Assembly (NCBI GenBank): GCA_963728635.1
Contig: CAVSKR010000001.1
Span: forward strand, 110,116 to 174,115
DNA: 64,000 nucleotides
DNA from: an uncultured Chloroflexia bacterium
GTDB lineage: Bacteria > Chloroflexota > Limnocylindria > Limnocylindrales > CSP1-4
Direction: 5' to 3'
The notes beneath the pieces were generated by a model. That model made no database searches. It had not been told where the DNA came from and saw only the letters and a list, made by a program, of their open reading frames with translations. Made by a program: the position numbers and the translations under genes. This document shows positions 10,516 through 20,640 of this stretch, one piece after another. Numbering within the stretch: the stretch's first letter is position 1; every line of letters starts with the position of its first letter.

Positions 10516-11337
10516 TCACGAACCGGTGATGAACTCGCCGCCGTCGACGCTGATGATGTCGCCGTTGATGAACTCGGTGCCCTCGCCGGATAGCGCGAGA
10601 ATCGCGTTCGCGACGTCCTGCGGCGTGGTCATCCGGCCGGTCGGGTTCCGCTTCAACGTGATGTCGATCATGGTCTGCGCCTCGGGGATCTTGAGCAGCG
10701 CCGGGGTCACGGTCACGCCCGCCCGGAGGGAGTTCGCGGTCGCACCGGTGTTGTGCCGGGCCAGCTCCATCGCGAGCTGGCGGATGTGCGACTCGAGCGC
10801 CGCCTTGGCCGATGAGACGACGCCGTACGACTGCACGACCCGGGTCGATCCCTCCGAGGTCATCGCGTAGATCTTCGAGCCCTGGCCGAGGAACCCGCCG
10901 CGCCACAGGTCCTGCACCCAGTAGACGAGGCTGTTGGCCATGACGTCCTGGGTCATCTCCATCTTCTTGCGATCGACCGCGGCCTTGGGGTCCTCGGCGA
11001 GGAACGGCACGAGCGAGCCGAAGGCGAGCGAGTGCATCAACACCCGGACGTACGGCTCACGGCCCTCAACTCGGGACGTGTCGAACCGCTCGCGCAGCGT
11101 CTGAAGCGCCGCGGCCCGCTTCTCGTCGTCGGCCGCATTCATATTGATATAGAGCGCCTCGGAGCCCGCGGCTTCGATGCCCGACTTGACCTCTTCGACA
11201 TGGGCGAGCGCAGCGCGGAAATCGAGGTGGATCCCGAAGATCTTGTAGCCGGCCTTGGCGAGTGTGAGGGCCGTCGCCTCGCCCATTCCAGACGACGCGC
11301 CGAGGATCAGCGCCCAGCGCTCGCGTTCATCGGTCAT
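10516..11337 (-). CDS. SDR family enoyl-ACP reductase (FabL/FabI-like)
   Basis: LGASSGMG, YGVVSSAKAALE (Yx6K), ISVDGGE. Confidence 0.8.
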   Translation of the reverse strand: MTDERERWALILGASSGMGEATALTLAKAGYKIFGIHLDFRAALAHVEEVKSGIEAAGSEALYINMNAADDEKRAAALQTLRERFDTSRVEGREPYVRVLMHSLAFGSLVPFLAEDPKAAVDRKKMEMTQDVMANSLVYWVQDLWRGGFLGQGSKIYAMTSEGSTRVVQSYGVVSSAKAALESHIRQLAMELARHNTGATANSLRAGVTVTPALLKIPEAQTMIDITLKRNPTGRMTTPQDVANAILALSGEGTEFINGDIISVDGGEFITGS

Positions 11338-11449
11338 GTTCGGGCGGGCCTCCGCGTACTGGGGGTCAGGGCGGCCCGAGTCTAGCAGCGGCCGGCACGC
11401 CGAGACCCGGTCGCGTGCAGGTCTGCACGGCCGGTCCGGGAGTCCAGGC

Positions 11450-12697
11450 CTAGACGATCCCCTCCCCGCGCAGCGCCGCGATCTCGGCCGCGTCGAAGCC
11501 CGCCTCCGTGAGGACCTCGTCGGTGTGCTCGCCGAGCAGCGGCGGGGCGGACCGGATGGCGCCCGGCGTCGTCTCGAACGTGATCGGGATCCCGACCTGG
11601 CGGAGCACTCCGAGCGCCGGATGCTCGATGTCGACCGACATCCCGAGCGCCCCGGCCTCGGGCGAGTCGAAGGCACCGCGGATGTCGGCGATCGCGCCGT
11701 TCGGCACCTCGGCGGCGTCGAGGGCGGCGGCCCACTCGGCGGTCGGTCGGCCGGCCAGGCGCTCGGCGATGAGCGGGCGAAGCGCGTCGCGGTGCTCGAC
11801 CCGATCGCCATTGGTGGCGAACCGCGGATCCTGGGCAAGTGCCGGCAGGCCGAGCGCCTCGCAGAACCGTGGCCATTGCCGCTCGGACCCGACGGCCACG
11901 GCCAGCTCGCCATCGGCGGTCGGAAACGTCTCGTACGGCACGATGTTGGGGTGGGCGTTGCCACGCCGGCCGGGCGAGCGGCCCGTCACGAACGCGTTCT
12001 GAGCCTGGTTCACGAGGACGGCCAGCGTGGAACCGAGCAGCGAGACGTCGACGCGCTGACCGTCGACACCCTGACCACTGTCCGCGCGCGCGAGAAGGGC
12101 GGCCAGGATGCCGATCGCCGCGTACAAACCGGTGACGACGTCGCTGATCGCGACGCCGACCTTGGTCGGCCGCCCACCGACCGCGTCGGCATCACCGGTG
12201 ATCGACATCAGCCCACCGACGGCCTGGATGACGAAGTCGTAGCCGGGTCGGTCGGCCGCGGGACCGGTCGGCCCGTAGCCGCTGATCGCCAGGTGGACGA
12301 GTCGCGGGTTGATCGACCGCAGGGCGTCGTCGTCGAACCCGAGCCGGTCGAGCGCCCCAGGCCGGAAGTTCTCGATGAGGACATCGGCGTCGGCCAGCAG
12401 CCGGCGCAGCACGGAGGCGCCCGCGGGTGACTTGAGGTCGAGCCGGACGGCGCGCTTGTTGCGGTTCACGGCAAGGAAGTAGGCCGCCGTTCGCGTGCCG
12501 CGGTCGAGATCGCCGACCCACGGCGGGCCCCATCCGCGCGTGGCGTCGCCATCGGGCGGTTCGATCTTGACGACGTCGGCCCCGAGGTCGGCCAGGATCA
12601 TCGTCGCGTACGGACCGGCGAGCACGGTCGAGAGATCGATGACCCTGATCCCGGACAGCGGACCCGGGGCGAAGGCGGGGTCGGGGTCGACCGGCAT
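11450..12697 (-). CDS. CaiB/BaiF family CoA transferase
   Basis: PLSGIRVIDLS, LADLGADVVKIE, NRNKR, ENFRPG, PPLLGEHT. Confidence 0.93.
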   Translation of the reverse strand: MPVDPDPAFAPGPLSGIRVIDLSTVLAGPYATMILADLGADVVKIEPPDGDATRGWGPPWVGDLDRGTRTAAYFLAVNRNKRAVRLDLKSPAGASVLRRLLADADVLIENFRPGALDRLGFDDDALRSINPRLVHLAISGYGPTGPAADRPGYDFVIQAVGGLMSITGDADAVGGRPTKVGVAISDVVTGLYAAIGILAALLARADSGQGVDGQRVDVSLLGSTLAVLVNQAQNAFVTGRSPGRRGNAHPNIVPYETFPTADGELAVAVGSERQWPRFCEALGLPALAQDPRFATNGDRVEHRDALRPLIAERLAGRPTAEWAAALDAAEVPNGAIADIRGAFDSPEAGALGMSVDIEHPALGVLRQVGIPITFETTPGAIRSAPPLLGEHTDEVLTEAGFDAAEIAALRGEGIV

Positions 12698-12726
12698 GGC
12701 GGCGATGGTAGCGCCGCGGCGGCGCC

Positions 12727-13293
12727 TTACGAGGACGCAGTCGGCCCGGTCAGGATGGCCCCGGCGAAATCTCGGGCGACGAGGCTCGGCTCGTCGGGCG
12801 GCATGTCGCCGTAGTCGGGACTGTCGTGCTCGACGGCTTCGATGATGTGATCGATGTTGGCGCGGTTGACGATCAACGTGCCCAACCGCTGGCGGTGCCA
12901 TTCGCCGCCCATCTGGTAGTCGAGGACCGCGTCCGTCAGCGGGACCATCGCGCTGCGTCGATGGAGCGCGGCCATCGCATCGACGAACGGCACGGTGTGC
13001 AGGTTGCCGCGGACCGTGTACGGCCCGATCGCGACGGCAACGGATGTCAGGCGGGTCCGAGTCCGGCGGGCCAGATCCCCGCGCGGGCCGGTCGCATTGA
13101 CGAGCAGGAGCTCGTTGCGCGGGACGATGACTTCCTTGACCTCGATGACGCCCGGCGTTGCGAGGGACTGGACCATCACGTCGACCAGCTCCACTTCCTC
13201 GTGGTCGTTGAGCATGTCGGTCAGGCGCTCGGCTCGGAGCCGGATCCGGCCGAACAGGGTGCAGTCCTCGGCAAAGGCGACGAAGTCGACCAT
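12727..13293 (-). CDS. Hypothetical protein with two similar beta-rich domains (DUF6812-like)
   Basis: Good codon usage from MVDFVAFAEDC; internal repeat pattern. Confidence 0.6.
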   Translation of the reverse strand: MVDFVAFAEDCTLFGRIRLRAERLTDMLNDHEEVELVDVMVQSLATPGVIEVKEVIVPRNELLLVNATGPRGDLARRTRTRLTSVAVAIGPYTVRGNLHTVPFVDAMAALHRRSAMVPLTDAVLDYQMGGEWHRQRLGTLIVNRANIDHIIEAVEHDSPDYGDMPPDEPSLVARDFAGAILTGPTASS

Positions 13294-13551
13294 GGGATAG
13301 AGGACGGCCGCGCCCGGATGCCCGCCCTCCGGGATGACCCCGGGAGCGGGCGCGCGTTGGAAGAAGAGCGAGAGGCGCCGTCCCAGACTGTGGATCATGG
13401 GCCCATCGTGGGTGCCGCCTGTCGCGGCCACCCTGACCCGGAGGTACTTCCGTCCCGTCCTCGGTGACCGGTGGCACCGGTGCGTCGCCGCACGTCCCGC
13501 CCGGGGGTAGCCCGAAAGTACCGGCTCCCCGTTCCGCGCTAGCATCCGGCC

Positions 13552-14523
13552 ATGAGCGAAACCCACGTCCCGACCCTGATGACGGTGCATGCCCACCCGG
13601 ACGACGAGACCATCGGGACGGGCGGCACGATGGCCAAAGCGGTGGCCGCCGGCCGCCGTGTCGTGCTGGTCACCTGCACTCGTGGCGAGATGGGCGAGAT
13701 CGTCGTGAAGGACATGGACACCCCGGACAACCACCGGCGCCTCGGGGAGATCCGCGCGGGCGAGCTCGAACGGGCGATGGGCGTCCTGGGCGTCACCGAG
13801 TGGGAGAACCTCGGCTACCACGACTCGGACATGATGGGTCGGGCCGGCAATGCCGACCCGCGCTCGTTCTGGCAGGCCGACATCGACGAGGCCGCCCGAC
13901 GGCTGGTCTGGCTGATCCGCCGCTACCGGCCCGACGTGATCACGACCTACAACGATTTCGGCGGGTACGGCCATCCGGACCACATCCGCACCCACGACGT
14001 GACGGTTCGCGCCTACCCGCGCGCCGGTGACCCAGCCTGGTACCCGGAGCAGCTGGCGCCGGAGCACGGCGGGACGGGCCCGTCGTCCGAGGTGGGCGGC
14101 CTGGCCCCGTGGACACCGTCGAAGCTGTACGAACAGGCCATCCCGGCCTCCGTCCGGACCGCCATGGCCGAGCGGATGAAGGAGCTCGACAAGCCCAACC
14201 CGTGGGCGCCGCCGCCCGATGCGACACCGGAGCAGCTCGCCGAGTTCGAGGCGTACCAGGCGCGGATGCTGGTGCCGGATGAGTCCGTCACCACCTGGAT
14301 CGACATCTCGGGCGATCCGGTCGAGCGCAAGTGGAACGCGATGCGGGAGCACGTGACCCAGATCGCCCCCGACATGCCGTTCATGACCTTCGGTCTCGAC
14401 GGCTGGCGCGAGCACTGGTCGAAGGAGGCGTACATCCTCCGCGAGTCGACGGTCGACACCCCGAAGCCCGAGGACGACCTGTTCGCCGGCCTTAGCGAGG
14501 GCGTGCCCCTGCCCGTCTCCTAG
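13552..14523 (+). CDS. PIG-L family deacetylase (Mca/MshB-like)
   Basis: VHAHPDDE, TRGEMGE, LGYHDSDM, GGYGHPDHI. Confidence 0.9.
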   Translation: MSETHVPTLMTVHAHPDDETIGTGGTMAKAVAAGRRVVLVTCTRGEMGEIVVKDMDTPDNHRRLGEIRAGELERAMGVLGVTEWENLGYHDSDMMGRAGNADPRSFWQADIDEAARRLVWLIRRYRPDVITTYNDFGGYGHPDHIRTHDVTVRAYPRAGDPAWYPEQLAPEHGGTGPSSEVGGLAPWTPSKLYEQAIPASVRTAMAERMKELDKPNPWAPPPDATPEQLAEFEAYQARMLVPDESVTTWIDISGDPVERKWNAMREHVTQIAPDMPFMTFGLDGWREHWSKEAYILRESTVDTPKPEDDLFAGLSEGVPLPVS

Positions 14524-15140
14524 ATCCGGATGGCGAACTCCTGCTCATCATGCGCCAGGACAACTGAGACAACGCCGGATCCGCCCCTCTTGACCGACAG
14601 GGGGAGCTCGTTCCGGCCCAGCCAGTGCGCGACACGAGCTGGGTCGGCCGCCAGCGACAGGCGCCGCAGTCGGACATTGCCGCACGGATGATGAACAGGA
14701 GCGGCGCCGGGCAGGCGCACCCCGTCGGCCCACTCGATGAAGAACGGTAAGCCTGGCTCGGCCGTGGCCTCATCGAGACCTGCGCTCCGCCACCGGAGGA
14801 CATCACCAGCTGGTGTCGTTCGAGACCCCTCCGCGATTGACAGCCCGAGGCGCCGGCCAACCTCGGTGATGGCCCGGGTTCGGACGGCCCACCCGAGCGG
14901 CCGCCCTGAGGTAGCCCCGAGGATCCATCGGCCAAAGGTGCTCAGCGCGGCGGCGTCACGATCGACGACCGCAACGAGCTCGACATAGGCGTCCCCTAGC
15001 GGGACGACCCGGTTCGCTGTGCCCCACCCCGGGTGACGCCCGCCCTCGATCGAGGTCAGGCCGTACCGAGCTTTGACGATGGCCCCCGCGGCGGCGAGGT
15101 CGTCGACCGGTATCAGGACATGGTCGATCGCGAGTGGCAC
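14520..15140 (-). CDS. VOC/glyoxalase-like family protein
   Basis: IDHVLI, GGRHPGWGTANRVVPLGDAYVEL, LPFFIEW. Confidence 0.85.
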   Translation of the reverse strand: MPLAIDHVLIPVDDLAAAGAIVKARYGLTSIEGGRHPGWGTANRVVPLGDAYVELVAVVDRDAAALSTFGRWILGATSGRPLGWAVRTRAITEVGRRLGLSIAEGSRTTPAGDVLRWRSAGLDEATAEPGLPFFIEWADGVRLPGAAPVHHPCGNVRLRRLSLAADPARVAHWLGRNELPLSVKRGGSGVVSVVLAHDEQEFAIRI

Positions 15141-15153
15141 CAGCTCACGGCCC

Positions 15154-16810
15154 TCAATACGGGAGCATGCCCCGCGAGGCGTCGAACACCTGGCCCATGA
15201 CGATGCGGCCGCTGCCGCCCGGGTCCATGAAGTTCGGCTGCGCCTTGTCGAGGATGATGTGCGGCCGCATGTGGACCTGGCGCAGCTCGGCGCCATGGAA
15301 GGTCAGCTCGAGGGTGATGCCCTCCATCGTGAACTCCGACCACGTCTGGTCGAACACGAAGTTGCCGAGCGCGTACCAGATCGGCTTGCCCTTGTAGACC
15401 TCCATCGCCGCCGCGTAATGCGCGTGGTTGCCGATGATCATGTCCGCCCCGGCGTCGATGATGTCGCGGGCGAGCTCCTGCTGGTTCGCGAACGGCTTCG
15501 AGCGGTACTCGACGCCCCAGTGCGGGAAGACGATGACCACCTCGCGCCCCGGCCTTGCGGGCCGCCTTGATGCCGTTCTGGACGCGCCGGATGCTCAGCT
15601 GGGAGCTGCCCGGGTCGTCGGGCGCCGCGTAGTAGCCGCGGGCGATCGCGTCGAACGCCAGCACGGCGACCTTCGTCCCGTTGGCCTCGAGGATCGCCGG
15701 CGCGCCGGCGGCCTTGAGGTCCTTGCCGGCTCCCGAGTACTTCAGGCCGCGCTTCCGCAGGTTCGCGATGGTCTGCAGGATGCCGTTGTCGCCCGCGTCG
15801 CCGATGTGGTTGTTGGCGATCGACACGTAGTCGAAGCCGGCGTTGACCAGGCCGTCGATGAGACGCGGGTCGGCGGTGAATGCCGTCCCGCTCGTGTGAT
15901 AGCTGAAACGGTTGGGCGCCGGATTCTCGAAGTTGGCGATCGCCAGGTCCGCGCCGGAGATCACGTCCCGGACCGCCCCGGCATTCCCGGTCCGCCGTGT
16001 CCGGGGTAGGTCCCAGCCCATCGGCGAGCAGTCCTTGCAGCGCGAGGTGATCTCGGCCGTCCCGCCATCGAACGGGAAGTCGACGCCCTTGCCATTGATG
16101 CGGACCGTCTGGTAGACGCCCCGGTCGAGCAGGATGTCGCCGCCGGCGAACAGCGTCCAGGTGCCGGCCGGATCGAACGCGGCGTCGCCGGTGCCCGCCG
16201 GCAGCTCGGCGCGCAGCGTCCAGTCGTCCGCGTTCTTCACCCGGTCGACGCCGAACAACGCCTTGTCGCCCCAGGCCAGCGCTCGGACGCCGGGAGTGAC
16301 GTCGGCGGCGCGCAGGAAGGCCAGGCGCTTGCGATTCTTGGCGAGGTCGCGCGTCAGCGTCGCGGCGTCCTTGGCCAGGACCAGCCTCTCCGGGTCGGAC
16401 GGGCGCTGGACACGGAGTGCGGCCAGGATCGCGTCGGCCTCGTCGCTCACGAGCGCGAGCGCGTCATATCTGTCGCTCGAGCCGGCCAGGACCTCGGCGA
16501 GCTCCTTGCGGTTCGTGGTCGTGGCCGTACCGCGGAACTGGGTGACCGGCACGATCGCGGCCTGGACCGTGCCCGGCGTCGGGACGGGCGTGGCGGTCGG
16601 CGCTGGCGTCGCGGCTGCGGTCGGCGTGGGAGTCTGGACAGGTGTCGGTGAAGCGCCGTCGCCGAGCGCAGCCGAGGCGGATGGCGGCGCTGACGCGCCG
16701 GCCGCGCCCCCGAAGCCGAGTTCCCCGCCGCTCATCGGCACCGCGATGCCGACCACGAGCAGGCCGGCGATGACCAGCACGGGCAGCCGATTCAGCGAGG
16801 ACCGCTGCAT
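15154..16810 (-). CDS. CapA/PgsA family metallophosphoesterase-like protein, secreted; frameshift near 15550
   Basis: AGGDILLDR, ANFENP, SIANNHIGDAG, then PHWGVEY, GNHAH, YALGNFVFDQ in ORF 15154-15540. Confidence 0.85.
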
Positions 16811-16840
16811 GGCGGGCATTCTGCCAGAGGCCAAAGGAAC

Positions 16841-16866
16841 GCCCCGTCCGGGCGGGCGGACGGGGC
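16841..16866 (-). terminator. Hairpin downstream of tRNA-Asp
   Basis: GCCCCGTCCG-N6-CGGACGGGGC perfect 10-bp stem, followed on the minus strand by GTTCCTTT. Confidence 0.65.
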
Positions 16867-16884
16867 GTAGGGAAATGCGAATGA

Positions 16885-16961
16885 TGGCGGACCCGACCGG
16901 ATTCGAACCGGCGATCTCCAGCGTGACAGGCTGGCATGTTGGGCCGCTACACCACGGGTCC
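16885..16961 (-). tRNA. tRNA-Asp (GTC)
   Basis: GGACCCGTGGTGTAGCGGCCCAACATGCCAGCCTGTCACGCTGGAGATCGCCGGTTCGAATCCGGTCGGGTCCGCCA; cloverleaf, GTC anticodon, encoded CCA. Confidence 0.97.
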
Positions 16962-17031
16962 AGTTGCGGCGAGGCCGGACTATAGCAGAGGGACCCTGCC
17001 TTGTCAGACGTCCCGCCTATACTCGGCGCTC

Positions 17032-18180
17032 ATGCCAGACCGCGTGATCGACCTCCGCAGCGACACCGTTTCGCGACCCACCGACGCCATGCGTCAGGCG
17101 ATGGCGACGGCCGAGGTCGGCGACGACGTCTTCGGCGACGACCCCACCGTCATCGCGCTCGAGGAGCGCGCCGCCGACCTGCTCGGCAAGGACGCCGGGC
17201 TGTTCGTGGCGACCGGCACGATGGGCAACCTGGTGTCGATGATGGCCCACCTGTCGCGCGGCCAGGAGGTGATCGCGGGCGGCGAGCATCACCTCGTGAT
17301 CGACGAGGCCGCCGGCCACGCGGTCATCGTCGGCGCGAGCGCGCGGACGCTCGAGGACCGCGCCGATGGGACGCTGGATCCGGCCGAGATCGATGCCGCG
17401 TTCCGCGATCCGAGCGACGTCCACGAGCCGCTGTCCGGCCTCGTGACGCTCGAGAACACCCACGCGCACTCGATGGCGCGGCCATTGACGCCGGCCTACC
17501 AGCGCGAGGTCGCGTCGGTCGCCCGACGGCATGGCGTTCCTCTCCACATCGACGGGGCCAGGTTCTGGAACGCCGTGGTCGCGCAGCGCGAGGACGGCGT
17601 CAGCGCGCGGGACCTCGCCGCGCCGGCCGACTCGGTCACGTTCTGCCTCTCGAAGGGGCTCGGCTGCCCCGTGGGCTCGGTCGTGGTCGGGTCGCGCGAG
17701 TTCATCGCCCGCGCGCGACGCGCGCGCAAGATGGTGGGCGGCGGGATGCGCCAGGCCGGGGTCCTGGCCGCACCGGGGTTGGTGGCCCTCGCCGACGGAC
17801 CGGCCGGCATGATCGATCGCCTCGCCGACGACCACGCCAACGCGCGCCGTCTGGCCGAGGCGCTCGCCGACATGGACGGCGTGTCGAGCGCGGGCGGCAT
17901 CGCCCAGCCGGCCCCGGGCCGCCTGGACCCGGAGCGCGTCAGGACGAACTTCGTGCTCTTCAAGGTCGATCGCGACCGGCGCGGCTTCCTCGACCGGCTC
18001 GCAGCGCGGAACGTGCTGATGGTGGAATATGCGCACGGTCAGGTGCGGGCCGTCACCCACCATGACATCTCGGCGGCCGATATCGATACGGTCATCCGGG
18101 CTGCGCGCGAGGCCCTGGCCGAGACGCGGCCGATGGCGCCGGTGGATGGTCCAGCCGAGCGGATCCCGACGACGGCCTGA
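17032..18180 (+). CDS. ltaE: Low-specificity L-threonine aldolase
   Basis: IDLRSDTV, GDDVFGDDPTV, HIDGARF, FCLSKGLG (PLP Lys), GGGMRQAG. Confidence 0.93.
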   Translation: MPDRVIDLRSDTVSRPTDAMRQAMATAEVGDDVFGDDPTVIALEERAADLLGKDAGLFVATGTMGNLVSMMAHLSRGQEVIAGGEHHLVIDEAAGHAVIVGASARTLEDRADGTLDPAEIDAAFRDPSDVHEPLSGLVTLENTHAHSMARPLTPAYQREVASVARRHGVPLHIDGARFWNAVVAQREDGVSARDLAAPADSVTFCLSKGLGCPVGSVVVGSREFIARARRARKMVGGGMRQAGVLAAPGLVALADGPAGMIDRLADDHANARRLAEALADMDGVSSAGGIAQPAPGRLDPERVRTNFVLFKVDRDRRGFLDRLAARNVLMVEYAHGQVRAVTHHDISAADIDTVIRAAREALAETRPMAPVDGPAERIPTTA

Positions 18181-18245
18181 CCCAGCCACCACATCGCGGA
18201 CCGGCCCACGCCGCCGCGCGCAACATCGACCCCAGGAGCTCCCGC

Positions 18246-19934
18246 GTGACCCTATCCACCGACATGACCGGACCGGCCCTGCCCCGGCCGGCACCCGCAG
18301 CGGATCGCGGCCCGCTCGACGACCGTTTCTACGACCTCGTCGAGGAGCGTTTCCGGCGCCTGATGCGCGACAACCCGGTGGCGGCGACGTACTTCGGGAT
18401 CCACCTCTACGACGACGAGCTCGGCGACGGCGGGCGCGAGACGCTGCTGGGCGAGATCGCCGCCGACCGCGAGCACCTCTCGACGATCGAGGGGCTCGAC
18501 ACGTCGGGGCTGTCGGCGAGCGTCCGCTTCGAACGCGACCTCGAGATCCACAACCTGCGGCGCTCCCTGTTCGAGGCCGACGAGCTGCGCATCTGGGAGC
18601 GGCGCTCGCTGGCGCTCGACACGATCGGCGATGGCCTGTTCCTGTTGTTTGCGCGCGACCATGCCCCGCTCGCCGAGCGCCTCGAGGCGATCGCCGGTCG
18701 GCTGGAGGCGGTCCCGCGCCATCTCGACGAGGCGCGCATGCGCTCGTCCGAGCCACAGGTCCGGCTCTGGCAGCGCATCGAGATCGAGTCGGCCGGCCAG
18801 TTGCCCGCGCTGATCGACGAGCTCGTCGCCGCCGGTCGTGGCGTGCTCGCGGGAGCCGAGCTCCGACGACTGGAGCGCGCCGCCCAGGCCGCGACGGTCG
18901 CCGTCGACCTGTTCACGACATGGATCGAAGGCACGCTCGCCTCGGGCACCGACGAGTGGGCGATCGGTCGCGAGCGGCACGACCGGATGGTCGGGCTGCG
19001 CGCCTTCGACGGTCTCGACGCCGACCAGATCCTCGAGCTCGGCCACCAGCGTCTCGCGGAGGAACGCGCCGCGCGGCAGGCGGTCGCGCGCGAGATCGAT
19101 CCGGGCGCCGACGAAGCCGACGTGATCGCACGCGTCAAAGAAGATCACGCCGCGACGTTCGCCGAGGCCCTCGAGGAGTACCAGGTCGCGATGCGTCGGG
19201 CCCGCGCCCACCTGGTCGAGCGATCGCTCGTCACGGTCCCCGACGACGAGCGGATCGACGTCATCGAGACGCCCGACTACCTGCGCAACGTCATCCCGTT
19301 CGCGGCGTACTTCTCGCCGGCGGCGTTCGACGCCGAATCGAAGGGGATCTACGTCGTCACGCCGGCGGTCCACGGCAACGTGAACGCCCTGCGCGAGCAC
19401 AACCGGGCCGGCATCAGCAACACGAGCATCCACGAGGCGTACCCGGGTCATCACCTGCAGCTCGACGTGGCTCGGCGCCATCCGTCGCTGACGCGCCTCC
19501 TCGCCGACGCGCCGGAGTTCGTCGAAGGCTGGGGGATGTACTCGGAGCTGATGATGCGCGAGCACGGCTTCGACGACGCGCCGCATTACCGGCTGATCCT
19601 CCACACCGATGCGATCTGGCGGGCGTGCCGGATCATCCTCGACGTGCGGCTCCACCGCGGGGAACTGTCGGTCGACGAGGGCATCGACTTCCTCCTCGAG
19701 CAGACCCGCTTCGAGCGGGACAACGCTCGCTCCGAGGTCGAGTGGTACACGTACCGCCCGACATATCCCCTGTCGTACCTGCTCGGGCGGACCCTGTTGC
19801 TCGAGCTGCGCGCCGACGAGCAGCGCCGCCTCGGCGACGCGTTCTCCCTGAAGGACTTCCACGACACGCTGCTGCGCAACGGGTCGCTGCCGATCAGCTT
19901 CCACCGCCGCCTGCTCGCAGGCGAGGGCACCTGA
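18246..19934 (+). CDS. DUF885 family metallopeptidase-like protein
   Basis: HEAYPGHHLQ, FVEGWGMYSE, LSYLLG, FHDTLL. Confidence 0.9.
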   Translation: MTLSTDMTGPALPRPAPAADRGPLDDRFYDLVEERFRRLMRDNPVAATYFGIHLYDDELGDGGRETLLGEIAADREHLSTIEGLDTSGLSASVRFERDLEIHNLRRSLFEADELRIWERRSLALDTIGDGLFLLFARDHAPLAERLEAIAGRLEAVPRHLDEARMRSSEPQVRLWQRIEIESAGQLPALIDELVAAGRGVLAGAELRRLERAAQAATVAVDLFTTWIEGTLASGTDEWAIGRERHDRMVGLRAFDGLDADQILELGHQRLAEERAARQAVAREIDPGADEADVIARVKEDHAATFAEALEEYQVAMRRARAHLVERSLVTVPDDERIDVIETPDYLRNVIPFAAYFSPAAFDAESKGIYVVTPAVHGNVNALREHNRAGISNTSIHEAYPGHHLQLDVARRHPSLTRLLADAPEFVEGWGMYSELMMREHGFDDAPHYRLILHTDAIWRACRIILDVRLHRGELSVDEGIDFLLEQTRFERDNARSEVEWYTYRPTYPLSYLLGRTLLLELRADEQRRLGDAFSLKDFHDTLLRNGSLPISFHRRLLAGEGT

Positions 19935-19938
19935 CCGG

Positions 19939-20640
19939 GTGCTCGTCATCCCATCGCTCGACCTCGAGGGAGGTCGGTCGCGGGTCGTGTACTGGCCCGG
20001 CGCGTCGGCCGGGATCGGCGCTCCGACCGATCGGCCCGATCGCATCGTCGAGCGGCTCGTGGCCCAGGGGGCGACCCTCGTCCATCTCGTCGACTTCGAT
20101 GGTGCGCGGAGCGGCTCGCCGGCCAACCTCGACGCGGTCGGCGCGGTCGCGTCCCGCTCTGCCGTCCCGTTGCAGCTCGCCGGTGGCCTCGATTCGGCCG
20201 AGGCGATCCAGCTGGCCTTCGCCGCCGGCGCGACGCGGGTCGTGCTGACGACGGCCATCGCCGATCGGCCGGACGACCTGCGCGCCTGCCTCGCTGTGGC
20301 GGGCGACTGGCTGGCGGTCGGGCTCGATCCCAGGCCCGAGCGCCTGGCGGCCTTCCCGTGGCGGCGACCGGTCCCGCCGACGATCGAGACGCTGATCGGC
20401 GAGCTCACCGGGGTCGGTGTCACCCGGTTCGTCCTCGCCCACGGCGGCACGCAGCCGGACCTCGAGCGGGTGCGATCGGTCGTTCGGTCGTACGATGCGG
20501 AGATCCTCGTCGCCGGTGGGGTCCGCGATATCGACGGCCTCCGCCGCGTCCGCGACACCGGCGCCACCGGCGTCATCCTCGGGGAGGCCCTCCTCTCCGG
20601 TGCCATCGACCTTCCCGCCGCCTTGGAGGCTGCCGCATGA
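19939..20640 (+). CDS. HisA/HisF-like TIM-barrel protein (divergent)
   Basis: VIPSLDL, HLVDFDGA, QLAGGL, VAGGVRD, GVILGEAL. Confidence 0.8.
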   Translation: MLVIPSLDLEGGRSRVVYWPGASAGIGAPTDRPDRIVERLVAQGATLVHLVDFDGARSGSPANLDAVGAVASRSAVPLQLAGGLDSAEAIQLAFAAGATRVVLTTAIADRPDDLRACLAVAGDWLAVGLDPRPERLAAFPWRRPVPPTIETLIGELTGVGVTRFVLAHGGTQPDLERVRSVVRSYDAEILVAGGVRDIDGLRRVRDTGATGVILGEALLSGAIDLPAALEAAA

